From the NCBI GenBank assembly GCA_965237635.1, contig CBDEFX010000002.1:1874554-1938553 (forward strand): 64,000 bases of DNA, in the 5' to 3' direction. The translations under genes were made by a program, and so were the position numbers. Numbering within the stretch: the first letter of the stretch is position 1; the number at the start of each line of letters is the position of its first letter. Positions 56,598 through 64,000 of the stretch are shown here, one piece after another. This DNA comes from Dehalococcoidia bacterium (GTDB lineage: Bacteria; Chloroflexota; Dehalococcoidia; Lucifugimonadales; CAUZJF01). The notes under the pieces were generated by a model. That model ran no database searches, had not been told where the DNA came from, and saw only the letters and a list, made by a program, of their open reading frames with translations.

Positions 56598-57533
56598 CTA
56601 CCACCAGACCCGGCCTTCAACCTGCTCTTGCAGGTCTGTCCACTTCCTCGTCCAAAGCTCGGTACTTAGGTACTTCCAGCCACCGTCAGCCAACAGACAG
56701 ACGATCTTCCCCCGGTCCATGCGTTCGGCCAACTGCCTCGCGCATGCCACGACCGACCCAGACGATACTCCCGCGAAAATGCCTTCTTCTTCAAGCAGTC
56801 TACTGGTGTACGCGAACGCGACGTCGCCGTCGATCAGGATTCTCGCATCTAGCCGCGAGATATCGAGGATCGGCGGTGTAAAACCGTGCTCCAGACTCCT
56901 CAGCCCCTGAATCACGTCGTCGGGAGGCGGAGCGACGGCTACGATCCTGACGTCGGGATTGTGCTCCTTTAGCCGCCTACCTACCCCCATCAATGTACCT
57001 CCCGTCCCAAGCCCAGCGACGAAGACATCCACGTCCGGCAGGTCCCGAACGATCTCCTTCCCGGTTGTCTCGTAATGCGCCTGAGGATTGGACTCGTTGC
57101 CGTACTGGTACGGCATGAAATAGCCGTCGTCCTTCTCGGCCATCTCCTGTGCAACCAGCGCCGCCTTGTTGCTTCCGCCCTCAGCCGGCGAGTAGTGGAT
57201 CTCCGTACCGTAGGCCTCGAGCAACGTGGTCCGCTCAGGGCTCACGTTTTCCGGCATCACGACCTTGACTCGGTATCCCTTGACATTGCCGATCATCGCC
57301 AACGATATACCCGTATTCCCACTTGTCGGCTCTAGGATGATCTTGTCGTGGGTAAGTTTCCCTTCGGCCTCCGCCTTCTCGATCATGTACTTGGATATCC
57401 GGTCCTTCAGACTGCCGGTCGGGTTGTTGCCCTCGAGCTTGGCGTAGATCTCAACATTGGGATTGGGGCTCAGCCTGTTCAGCCGGATGAGAGGCGTGTT
57501 GCCGATGGCGTCTAGAATCCCACTATAGATCAT
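56598..57533 (-). CDS. cysK: Cysteine synthase family PLP enzyme (CysK/CysM; O-acetyl- or O-phosphoserine sulfhydrylase)
   Basis: IGNTPLIRL, NPTGSLKDR (PLP lysine) and TSGNTG are present. The start at 57533 (MIYSGILDAIGNTP) is preferred over 57563. Confidence 0.85.
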   Translation of the reverse strand: MIYSGILDAIGNTPLIRLNRLSPNPNVEIYAKLEGNNPTGSLKDRISKYMIEKAEAEGKLTHDKIILEPTSGNTGISLAMIGNVKGYRVKVVMPENVSPERTTLLEAYGTEIHYSPAEGGSNKAALVAQEMAEKDDGYFMPYQYGNESNPQAHYETTGKEIVRDLPDVDVFVAGLGTGGTLMGVGRRLKEHNPDVRIVAVAPPPDDVIQGLRSLEHGFTPPILDISRLDARILIDGDVAFAYTSRLLEEEGIFAGVSSGSVVACARQLAERMDRGKIVCLLADGGWKYLSTELWTRKWTDLQEQVEGRVWW

Positions 57534-57616
57534 CTTGAGACCGTTGACCGTGAAGGAAGACATGCAGCGACGTCACGGGTGTCCTCATCGGGCTGACGAC
57601 GATATGGTAATACCAT

Positions 57617-57639
57617 GTAGGGACGCACGGCGTGCGCCC
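57617..57639 (-). repeat. GC hairpin repeat family C, copy 2
   Basis: The reverse complement reads GGGCGCACGCCGTGCGTCCCTAC. It lies downstream of the trpA stop on the minus strand. Confidence 0.6.
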
Positions 57640-57726
57640 GCCTCCCAGCGTTTTTCTGAAATGAATGGCTCAAAGCGAAGCGGCTTGCCTATTTCGGCGG
57701 CCTACCTGAGACGGAACGCCGCTGAC

Positions 57727-58524
57727 CTAAGAGTAGCACGCGGCGACGAGCTCCTCTAGCAGCTTGCGATACCCGGAGTCTTTGGACTCTTCCCATGTCT
57801 TGAGCAACTGGGTCCCGACGATCGCAATGTCAACAATGCCATGCAGTTTCCGGACATCCTCACCGTCCCTCAGTCCGAAGCCCAGCGCAAGAGGTAGGGA
57901 GGTGGTCATTCGACAGCGCTCGACGAACTCGAAGGCGTCTTCTACCAAGGTGCGGCGCCCGGTGACACCCCTTCTCGACACGCAATACACGAACCCCCTG
58001 GCCTGTTCGGCAATCTGAGCCAGCCGCTCGTCTGTGTTGGTCGGCGTCATCAGCAGGATGGGCGTTAGGCCGCGCAACTCGCACTGGTCGCGCAGGTCGG
58101 CGTCGTCTTCGGGTGGTAGGTCCGGAATAATATACCCGGACGCGCCCGCCTCTTGAAGCGAACGCGCGAAGTTTTCATGCCCCATGCGGAACGGCCAGTT
58201 ATAGTAGCCCATCGCCACTACCTGTATCCGCGATCTGCTGACACTACGGATGAAATCGAAGTATGTATTGACTCTCACCCCGCCATCGATAGCACCGCCA
58301 TTGGCTTTCACGAACGCCGGACCGTCGGCAATCGGCTCGCTAAACGGCATCTGCAGCTCGACGATGTCGACCCCTACGTCCTCCATGATGTCGAGCATTG
58401 CCCTGTTTTCTTCGATCGATGGGTACCCGATGACGGCGTGACCCATCAGCAGGACCTTTTTGTCCCCTCGCTTGTCGCTGATGTAGTCGCCGATTGGGCT
58501 GCGGTTAGCGAGTTCCAAGGCCAT
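57727..58524 (-). CDS. trpA: Tryptophan synthase alpha chain
   Basis: 265 aa. VDIVELQMPFSEPIADGP is typical of TrpA, and the gene sits immediately downstream of trpB. Confidence 0.85.
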   Translation of the reverse strand: MALELANRSPIGDYISDKRGDKKVLLMGHAVIGYPSIEENRAMLDIMEDVGVDIVELQMPFSEPIADGPAFVKANGGAIDGGVRVNTYFDFIRSVSRSRIQVVAMGYYNWPFRMGHENFARSLQEAGASGYIIPDLPPEDDADLRDQCELRGLTPILLMTPTNTDERLAQIAEQARGFVYCVSRRGVTGRRTLVEDAFEFVERCRMTTSLPLALGFGLRDGEDVRKLHGIVDIAIVGTQLLKTWEESKDSGYRKLLEELVAACYS

Positions 58525-58539
58525 TGTCCCTTCCTTCTG

Positions 58540-59910
58540 CTAGGAGCTCGCTTTCTGTGAGACCGACGGTTCTTCTATCCTGTCCTCCGCCAACCGACGG
58601 AGTCCAGGGTCAATCTTCTCGTATCGAACGGCTTTCTCTACGATGAACTCGCGCCAGGCGGCATCGTCCACCGCATCGGCGATAGTAAAGATATCTTTGT
58701 CGCCTCGTCCGGACAGGTTGATGAGGACATCCTCGTCCGGGTCTAAATCTTTCGACTCGCGGAGCGCGACCGCGACGCCGTGTGCAGACTCAAGAGCAGG
58801 GAGAATGCCTTCAGACTCGGCCATGCGCTTGAAGGCGGACTTGGCCTCGTCGTCTGTCGCGCTTTCGAACCGGACGCGGCCAATCTCATGGAGCCGCGCA
58901 TGGATGGGACTGACGCCTATGTAGTCGAGCCCAGCGGACACCGAATGGGTCTCCATCATCTGGCCGTCTTCGTCCTGCAGGAAGTAGGTCTTGTAGCCCT
59001 GCGCTATTCCAACGCTTCCGTGGCGGCGCCCGTCGGCATCGGGTGCCAGCCTCGCAGCATGCTTTCCCGTGCTGAGGCCCTTTCCTCCCGCTTCGGCCCC
59101 GACCAGATCGACATTGTCGTCGTCCAGGAACGCCAGGAATATCCCGAGCGCGTTCGAGCCGCCGCCGACGCATGCGTAGACTCGAGCCGGCAGTCTGCCG
59201 TTCACGTCCAGCATTTGCTTCCTGGCCTCGTCTCCGATGATCGACTGGAAATAGGCCACCATCTCTGGAAAGGGGTGTGGGCCGCATACGGTCCCCATGA
59301 CGTAATGCGTGTTCAGCATGCTCTCCGACCAGTCGCGCAGAGCCTCGTTTATTGCGTCCTTCAACGTGCGTGTACCGTCCGCCACCGGCCTTACCTCGGC
59401 CCCGAGCTGTTGCATCCAGAAGACGTTGGGGCGCTGCCGGTCCACGTCCACCTCTCCCATGTAGACCGTGCACTCCAGGCCCAGCCGGGCCGCCATGGTC
59501 GCGGTCGCCACACCATGCTGACCCGCGCCCGTTTCAGCAATGACACGCTTCTTCCCCTTCCCATTATTCATACGTTTGGTCAGAAGGCCCTGGCCCATAA
59601 CGTTGTTTAGCTTGTGGGCGCCCGTGTGGTTAAGGTCCTCTCGCTTCAGGTAGATCCGAGCCCCACCGAGCTGGTCCGACAGCCGTTCAAGCTGTGTAAC
59701 AGGAGTCGGCCGGCACGAGTAGGTGGACATCACATCGATGAACTCCTGCCAGAACGTCGGGTCGCGCTTGGCCTCGTAAAACACCTCCCTGAGCTCCGCC
59801 AGGGTGGTATCGAGAATCTCGGGTTTGAACGCGCCGCCGAAGTCCCCGTAGTACCCAGGTCGGTCGCGATCAAACTCGAACAACGACTCTCGCAACCCGC
59901 CGCCCATCAA
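58540..59910 (-). CDS. trpB: Tryptophan synthase beta chain (long TrpB2-like form)
   Basis: 456 aa. LKREDLNHTGAHKLNN carries the PLP lysine, and GAGQHG and GGGSNA are present. Confidence 0.9.
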   Translation of the reverse strand: MMGGGLRESLFEFDRDRPGYYGDFGGAFKPEILDTTLAELREVFYEAKRDPTFWQEFIDVMSTYSCRPTPVTQLERLSDQLGGARIYLKREDLNHTGAHKLNNVMGQGLLTKRMNNGKGKKRVIAETGAGQHGVATATMAARLGLECTVYMGEVDVDRQRPNVFWMQQLGAEVRPVADGTRTLKDAINEALRDWSESMLNTHYVMGTVCGPHPFPEMVAYFQSIIGDEARKQMLDVNGRLPARVYACVGGGSNALGIFLAFLDDDNVDLVGAEAGGKGLSTGKHAARLAPDADGRRHGSVGIAQGYKTYFLQDEDGQMMETHSVSAGLDYIGVSPIHARLHEIGRVRFESATDDEAKSAFKRMAESEGILPALESAHGVAVALRESKDLDPDEDVLINLSGRGDKDIFTIADAVDDAAWREFIVEKAVRYEKIDPGLRRLAEDRIEEPSVSQKASS

Positions 59911-59955
59911 TACCTCCTTGCGTAGGCCACAGAATGGTAGCTGGTAGTGCGCCCG

Positions 59956-61263
59956 TTACTGGACTAAAGCCAGGTCAGGTTCCAGCGATTCGCGGCCACC
60001 GATGAACGGCCTCAGTGGCTCGGGGATGGCCACGGATCCGTCACGTCGCTGGTGGTTCTCGAGCAGGGCGAGTGAAGTGCGCCCGATGGCCAAGCCTGAT
60101 CCGTTCAACATGTGCACGAACTCTGGGCGGTCCACAGGTGCTGGACGATACCGTGTCTGCAGTCGTCTAGCCTGAAAGTCCTCCACGTTGCTGCACGAGG
60201 ACACTTCGGCGTAACCATGTTCGCTGGGCAGCCACACCTCGAGGTCGAAGGTCTTGCTTGCCGCAAAGCTCATGTCGCCGGTGCTCAGAACAATCTTGCG
60301 GTAGGGAATCTCCAGTTGCCTGAGGACCTGCTCGGCGTCGTCCGTAAGCGATTCAAGCTCGTCGTAGCTCGTTTCCGGCGTGGCGAACTTGAACAACTCT
60401 ACCTTCGTGAACTGGTGGACGCGCTTGATGCCTCGCACGTCCCGACCGCCGGCACTTGTCTCCCTGCGGAAGCAAGGAGAATAGGCGACGTATTTTAGGG
60501 GTAGGGACTCTGAGTCGAGGACCTCTCCCTTGTGAAGGCTGGCCAACGAGCTCTCAGCCGTTGGGATGAGGTAGAGCATCTCGCCGGACCTCTCCACCAG
60601 GTCCCGTGGGGTGCTGTATAGCCCGTCCTCGAATTTGGGTAGCTGGGCGCACCCGTACATGGCTTCCTCAGTCACCATGAACGGCGGAATAACAGGCGTG
60701 TAGCCGCGCTCGACATGGAAGTCTATCATAAACTGTGCGAGGGCCAGCTCTAGAAGGGCCATTTGTCCTTTGAGCACGTAAAACCTCGAGCCTGCCATGC
60801 CTACTCCAGCGGGTATGTCCAGGCCCAACGGCTCGGCAATGTCCCAGTGAGGCTTTGGGTCAAAATCGAATTCGGGCACCTCACCCCACTCGCCTACTAC
60901 TTCGTTTGCGTGTTCGTTTTCGCCTACCGGCACTGAGGCGTGCGATAGGTTGGGCACTTGATACTGCAGCTCTTTGAAGTGCTCCTCATGGGGTCGAACA
61001 ACCGACTCCTGGTCTGACAGCAACCGGCTGAGCTCACGCCCCTGGAGTATCAGGTCCTCTCGCTCTTCTCCGGAAGCGGCCCGACGGGTGGCCTCGGCAT
61101 TCTCTTTTCGTTTAGCCCGCAGCTCATCCTGTTTCGCTATGGACTGGCGGCGAAGTTCGTCGGAGGCGAGGAGCTCGTCGATCAAGCCAACGTCCTCAAG
61201 ACGCGTCACCAGGCGCTGCTTTATTTCCTTCGGACCAGCCCTGATCTTCTTGATGTCCAGCAC
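59956..61263 (-). CDS. serS: Seryl-tRNA synthetase
   Basis: 435 aa. It has an N-terminal coiled-coil arm (MLDIKKIR...) and class II motifs (FRRE, GSGLAIGRT). Confidence 0.9.
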   Translation of the reverse strand: MLDIKKIRAGPKEIKQRLVTRLEDVGLIDELLASDELRRQSIAKQDELRAKRKENAEATRRAASGEEREDLILQGRELSRLLSDQESVVRPHEEHFKELQYQVPNLSHASVPVGENEHANEVVGEWGEVPEFDFDPKPHWDIAEPLGLDIPAGVGMAGSRFYVLKGQMALLELALAQFMIDFHVERGYTPVIPPFMVTEEAMYGCAQLPKFEDGLYSTPRDLVERSGEMLYLIPTAESSLASLHKGEVLDSESLPLKYVAYSPCFRRETSAGGRDVRGIKRVHQFTKVELFKFATPETSYDELESLTDDAEQVLRQLEIPYRKIVLSTGDMSFAASKTFDLEVWLPSEHGYAEVSSCSNVEDFQARRLQTRYRPAPVDRPEFVHMLNGSGLAIGRTSLALLENHQRRDGSVAIPEPLRPFIGGRESLEPDLALVQ

Positions 61264-61436
61264 TACCTGTCTCCACGTATAAGGTGGGTTTTCGCTGTTA
61301 TCAGAGTTGTCTGATTAACCCACATGCGACTTTTTTTGCCGTCGACGGGTGTTCGTATCAGTGTAGCGCTCTATGCCCCTTGCTCTATAGGACTATCTGA
61401 TACTTGGCTATCCGAAAAGCCACTATTAGCCTGTCA

Positions 61437-61532
61437 TTCTGAGCGTAGCGAAGAATCTAAGACTGTCGCCACCAGACGGTCGCTCGTATGAGAAGCGCCT
61501 TAGATTCTTCGGTCGCCTCGCTCTCTCAGAAT
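61437..61532. repeat. Long imperfect inverted repeat upstream of serS
   Basis: The left arm is ATTCTGAGCGTAGCGAAGAATCTAAG (61437-61462) and the right arm is CTTAGATTCTTCGGTCGCCTCGCTCTCTCAGAAT (61499-61532). The perfectly pairing blocks are 13 bp and 8 bp. A second 10-bp stem, TCTGGGGTGG/CCACCCCAGA, is at 61611-61620 and 61664-61673. Confidence 0.6.
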
Positions 61533-61804
61533 CGTCCATGCAGGTTGCCTCCGGCGCCCTAAAAGAATGAAAAAAAAGGTTGCCTTTGTCTCCCTGAACG
61601 GAGTGAAGGGTCTGGGGTGGCTGGGGATCTCCGCAGCAGTCCCGACCAGCCGGATGTCCGAGGCCCCACCCCAGATTCCTCGCCCCGATGCGGCATCTGG
61701 GCTCGGAAAGACATGTTTGCGCACAGTCGATCGCCTACCCATCATCGTATTTTCGTGGAAATGACACCACGCCAGATGCGTCTTCGATAAACTCGCACAC
61801 GTGG

Positions 61805-62263
61805 TTAATTTGCTCTTCTCGGAATTCGGTCACTTTCTTGGACTTCTTCACTGAGCCGCCTGAGCCGATTGATGTCTATCGAATGGAGATTGGTCTTTGT
61901 TGGTTTCCGATTTTCAACTGCCTTCGCTGCAATGAGTCCTGGCCCGTTGAATATTTCTGTGAATGTCCCGTTGGGGTGAATCTTTATTCCCAGGTAATAG
62001 TCAGGCCTATGGTCGACCGGGAATGTGAGAGCATTCTGCATTGTCGTTTTTATCTGTATTCGTCTCCCATCTCGGGCTTTGGCATCGTGATGTTTCTCCA
62101 TAGCCTCGAGGAGCTCAACTTCGTATGCGCCTTCGACAAGGACCTCTCCTAAGTCACCTACCAAACGACCGTCAAGAGTAAACTTCCTCTTCGGATACGT
62201 CCCACTGAGCTGTTTTACAATATGCAGCAGTTCCTTGACGGCGTCTTCAATCGTCGTAGCCAC
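61805..62263 (-). CDS. Small hypothetical protein with a PD-(D/E)XK-like motif (DUF6998-like by recollection)
   Basis: 152 aa. LDGRLVGDLGEVLVEGAY...HHDAKARDGRRIQIKTT shows D...(Q)xK spacing like restriction-endonuclease-fold proteins, followed by IFNGPG. GC was 42-48 % in the two 60-nt lines I counted, against about 60 % elsewhere. Confidence 0.45.
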   Translation of the reverse strand: MATTIEDAVKELLHIVKQLSGTYPKRKFTLDGRLVGDLGEVLVEGAYEVELLEAMEKHHDAKARDGRRIQIKTTMQNALTFPVDHRPDYYLGIKIHPNGTFTEIFNGPGLIAAKAVENRKPTKTNLHSIDINRLRRLSEEVQESDRIPRRAN

Positions 62264-62345
62264 AAGCTTCCTCCCAAGCCGCCAACGTAGTTCGTTGACT
62301 GAGACGCTCCGTCGAGCACATTTCTGGCCAGTCGCACTTTACATG

Positions 62346-63179
62346 CTAATCCCATTTGAAACGCCTCACCGCGGCATCGGCGTCGTACTCGAGGGGAAGA
62401 GCCTCGAGAGTCTGCAGCCACTCGTCGCGCTCGGACGATGACACGCCTGGACGCTGAATTTCCAGCGGGCAGTTCGCTTCTGCGAGTTTACCATGAGAAA
62501 GCACGAAACGTGTCAACTTGGGTATGAATAGATGGCCAAGCGTAATTACCTCGTGACTGATCGCTCCCACGGTTAGACGGCTGAGTAGCACCAAGGCCTT
62601 CCCCTCTCCCGAGCGTTGGAACGAAGGCGTGTCGCTGTCTACCGGCACCGCATCCACGTAGGCATCAGCGTATTTTTGATGGACTAGGCGGAGGGCCTGT
62701 TGTGGAGTCGTGCTTCCCGCTGCGCGAATCACCCATGCATGAGTCTCATCTCTGATTGCGGCGGCCGCCCGACGGTTCCATGTCAGAAGATGGGCCTCTC
62801 GTGGGTCGCTCTCAAATACGGCAACCTCGGACAGGCTCCTGGTTGTTTCGGCTAGCGTCTCTGCATCGATCCCTACCCTGTGGGCCCAGCTCTTCAGCAC
62901 CGCGCTATCACGATCGTCCGGATCAACCACATGGGCCAAGACGACCTCGCATCCGAGGCGCCTCAACGCCTCAACCCGATGGTGCCCGTCCGCGACTAGA
63001 AAGCTCGCGTTTTCTATCTGCACCACTATTACCGGGTGAGGCAGTACACCGTGATCGGCAATCCAGCTACTCACCTCCTCTATCAGGTTGGGCAGTATCA
63101 CCTCATGGGGGTGGAGCTCGTCAATCGAAATGAAACGTATGTCCAGCTTGGCCGCGCCGCCAATTGGACTAGCTACCAT
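62346..63179 (-). CDS. ParB/Srx-fold protein with a free-serine-kinase (SerK)-like motif pattern
   Basis: 277 aa. It carries FISIDELHPHEV, FLVADGHHRVEALRRLG (the ParB/Srx DGHHR motif) and the C-terminal LFIPKLTRFVL. No HTH or partition-type C-terminal domain is visible. Confidence 0.55.
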   Translation of the reverse strand: MVASPIGGAAKLDIRFISIDELHPHEVILPNLIEEVSSWIADHGVLPHPVIVVQIENASFLVADGHHRVEALRRLGCEVVLAHVVDPDDRDSAVLKSWAHRVGIDAETLAETTRSLSEVAVFESDPREAHLLTWNRRAAAAIRDETHAWVIRAAGSTTPQQALRLVHQKYADAYVDAVPVDSDTPSFQRSGEGKALVLLSRLTVGAISHEVITLGHLFIPKLTRFVLSHGKLAEANCPLEIQRPGVSSSERDEWLQTLEALPLEYDADAAVRRFKWD

Positions 63180-63803
63180 CTAATCCAGCTCCGTAGAGTG
63201 GTCCCATACGACGTGATCCTAGCAAAACGTCACCCATAGGCAATTGCAATGGTAGTTTCAGCCACGAGCAACGTCAAACGCTTACCAAGCTCAAAAACGT
63301 GTCTCGGGCTTTGAGCTAACGTTGGCTGGCGTCAGAGGCGGCTTCAACGACGTCCGTGTCTAGACGATAATGCTTGACCTGCCGACCGAACGTCAAGAAC
63401 CGCGTATCTGACGGCAGGGTGGTCTCGTGCTCAGTGTGTCGCACCGATGGAGCCGACGTTCGAGGCGAGCTTGCCGAAGGGGGCCGATCCGAAGAGGGGA
63501 CGAACCGGGCAATTCGCGCCGTCGGGTGGCTAGGCGGGAGGCTGTGTTAGCTCATCTGGGAACGCTCAGCTACCGCCAACAATGCCTTGATCGCACGCCA
63601 GCTTAGCACAAAGAAATCTGCGGGAAGTGCGCCGCAGCCGCCAGCGACCATGGACCGTTGTTGGTGTTCTGAGACAGCGAACATCAACTCGGTATGAGAC
63701 TTCCTATCGAGATCGTATTGTTTATTTTCGGTCGGGTCCACGTGTACTTTTCTCTGGCCCTGAGGTTGGAGCAAGCAGGTCAGCGGCCGCGAGCCTGGGA
63801 GGC

Positions 63804-64000
63804 CTATTCTCCAGTATACGCCCTGCTGCCCTCAGTCTGTTCCATATACTGGCGGACCATGAGCGCGGCGGTTGCGCCCTCCCCGACCGCGCTCGCGACT
63901 TGCTTTGTACTGCCTGCGCGAGCATCGCCTGCGGCAAACACGCCGGGCATACTGGTCTCCAGGGTTTCGCTTGTCACTATAAATCCACGGTCGTCCAGGT
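63804..64000 (-). CDS. trxB: Thioredoxin reductase, C-terminal 64 codons (5' part lies outside the window)
   Basis: Absent from the ORF track because it has no start codon in the window. Reverse translation reads LDDRGFIVTSETLETSMPGVFAAGDARAGSTKQVASAVGEGATAALMVRQYMEQ...*, with a TAG stop at 63806-63804. GVFAAGD is the FAD-binding C-terminal motif of TrxB. Confidence 0.75.
   Translation of the reverse strand, partial: LDDRGFIVTSETLETSMPGVFAAGDARAGSTKQVASAVGEGATAALMVRQYMEQTEGSRAYTGE

Noticed and set aside
61264-61436. T-box riboswitch in the serS leader.
   Set aside because: On the serS strand I could not find the conserved T-box sequence (…GGTGGTACCGCG-like) or a specifier-loop arrangement. 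Only generic hairpins are present.

Overview
High-GC (about 60 % by eye) bacterial chromosomal window. Gene content and the GC-rich ...CCCTAC hairpin repeats tentatively suggest a Chloroflexota-like organism; I cannot confirm taxonomy. Layout: (i) 1-21.4 kb is a cell-envelope glycan locus, mostly on the minus strand. It holds hisH/hisF paralogues, a carbamoyltransferase, UDP-xylose synthase, ugd, a NusG paralogue, a MarR-type regulator, DUF4012, a Big_2 lipoprotein, a secreted nuclease, manC, a Wzy_C membrane protein and an epimerase. (ii) 21.5-46 kb is a glycolate / glycine / C1 / molybdo-tungsto-enzyme block. It holds glcD-HIT-glcE-glcF, a NUDIX gene, a DUF4258/DUF2283 pair, aroC, an MFS transporter, fhs, two moeA genes, gcvT-gcvH plus a truncated gcvPA, mobA, a moaD-like gene, aldehyde:ferredoxin oxidoreductase, and nuoE-like / nuoF-like / relBE / fdhA. 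(iii) 46-64 kb holds GrpB, a hypothetical protein, a TPR lipoprotein, a TIM-barrel-like protein, a Gfo/Idh/MocA oxidoreductase, serC, a cupin, serA-like, cysK, trpA, trpB and serS. It ends with a small islet (a PD-(D/E)XK-like ORF and a ParB/Srx-fold ORF with a SerK-like motif pattern) and the 3' end of trxB. Mobile DNA: one single-ORF IS66-family element with an 8-bp TSD, two 1.72-kb IS1380-family copies in inverted orientation each with its own TSD, and a 167-bp MITE-like insertion. Six genes are visibly disrupted: two in-frame TAG codons, one IS insertion, one MITE insertion, one frameshift and one truncation. No rRNA, tRNA or CRISPR array was found. Many long ORFs in the supplied track are antisense or alternative-frame artefacts of high GC and are not reported as genes. 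All family calls rest on motif recognition by eye, not on database searches.
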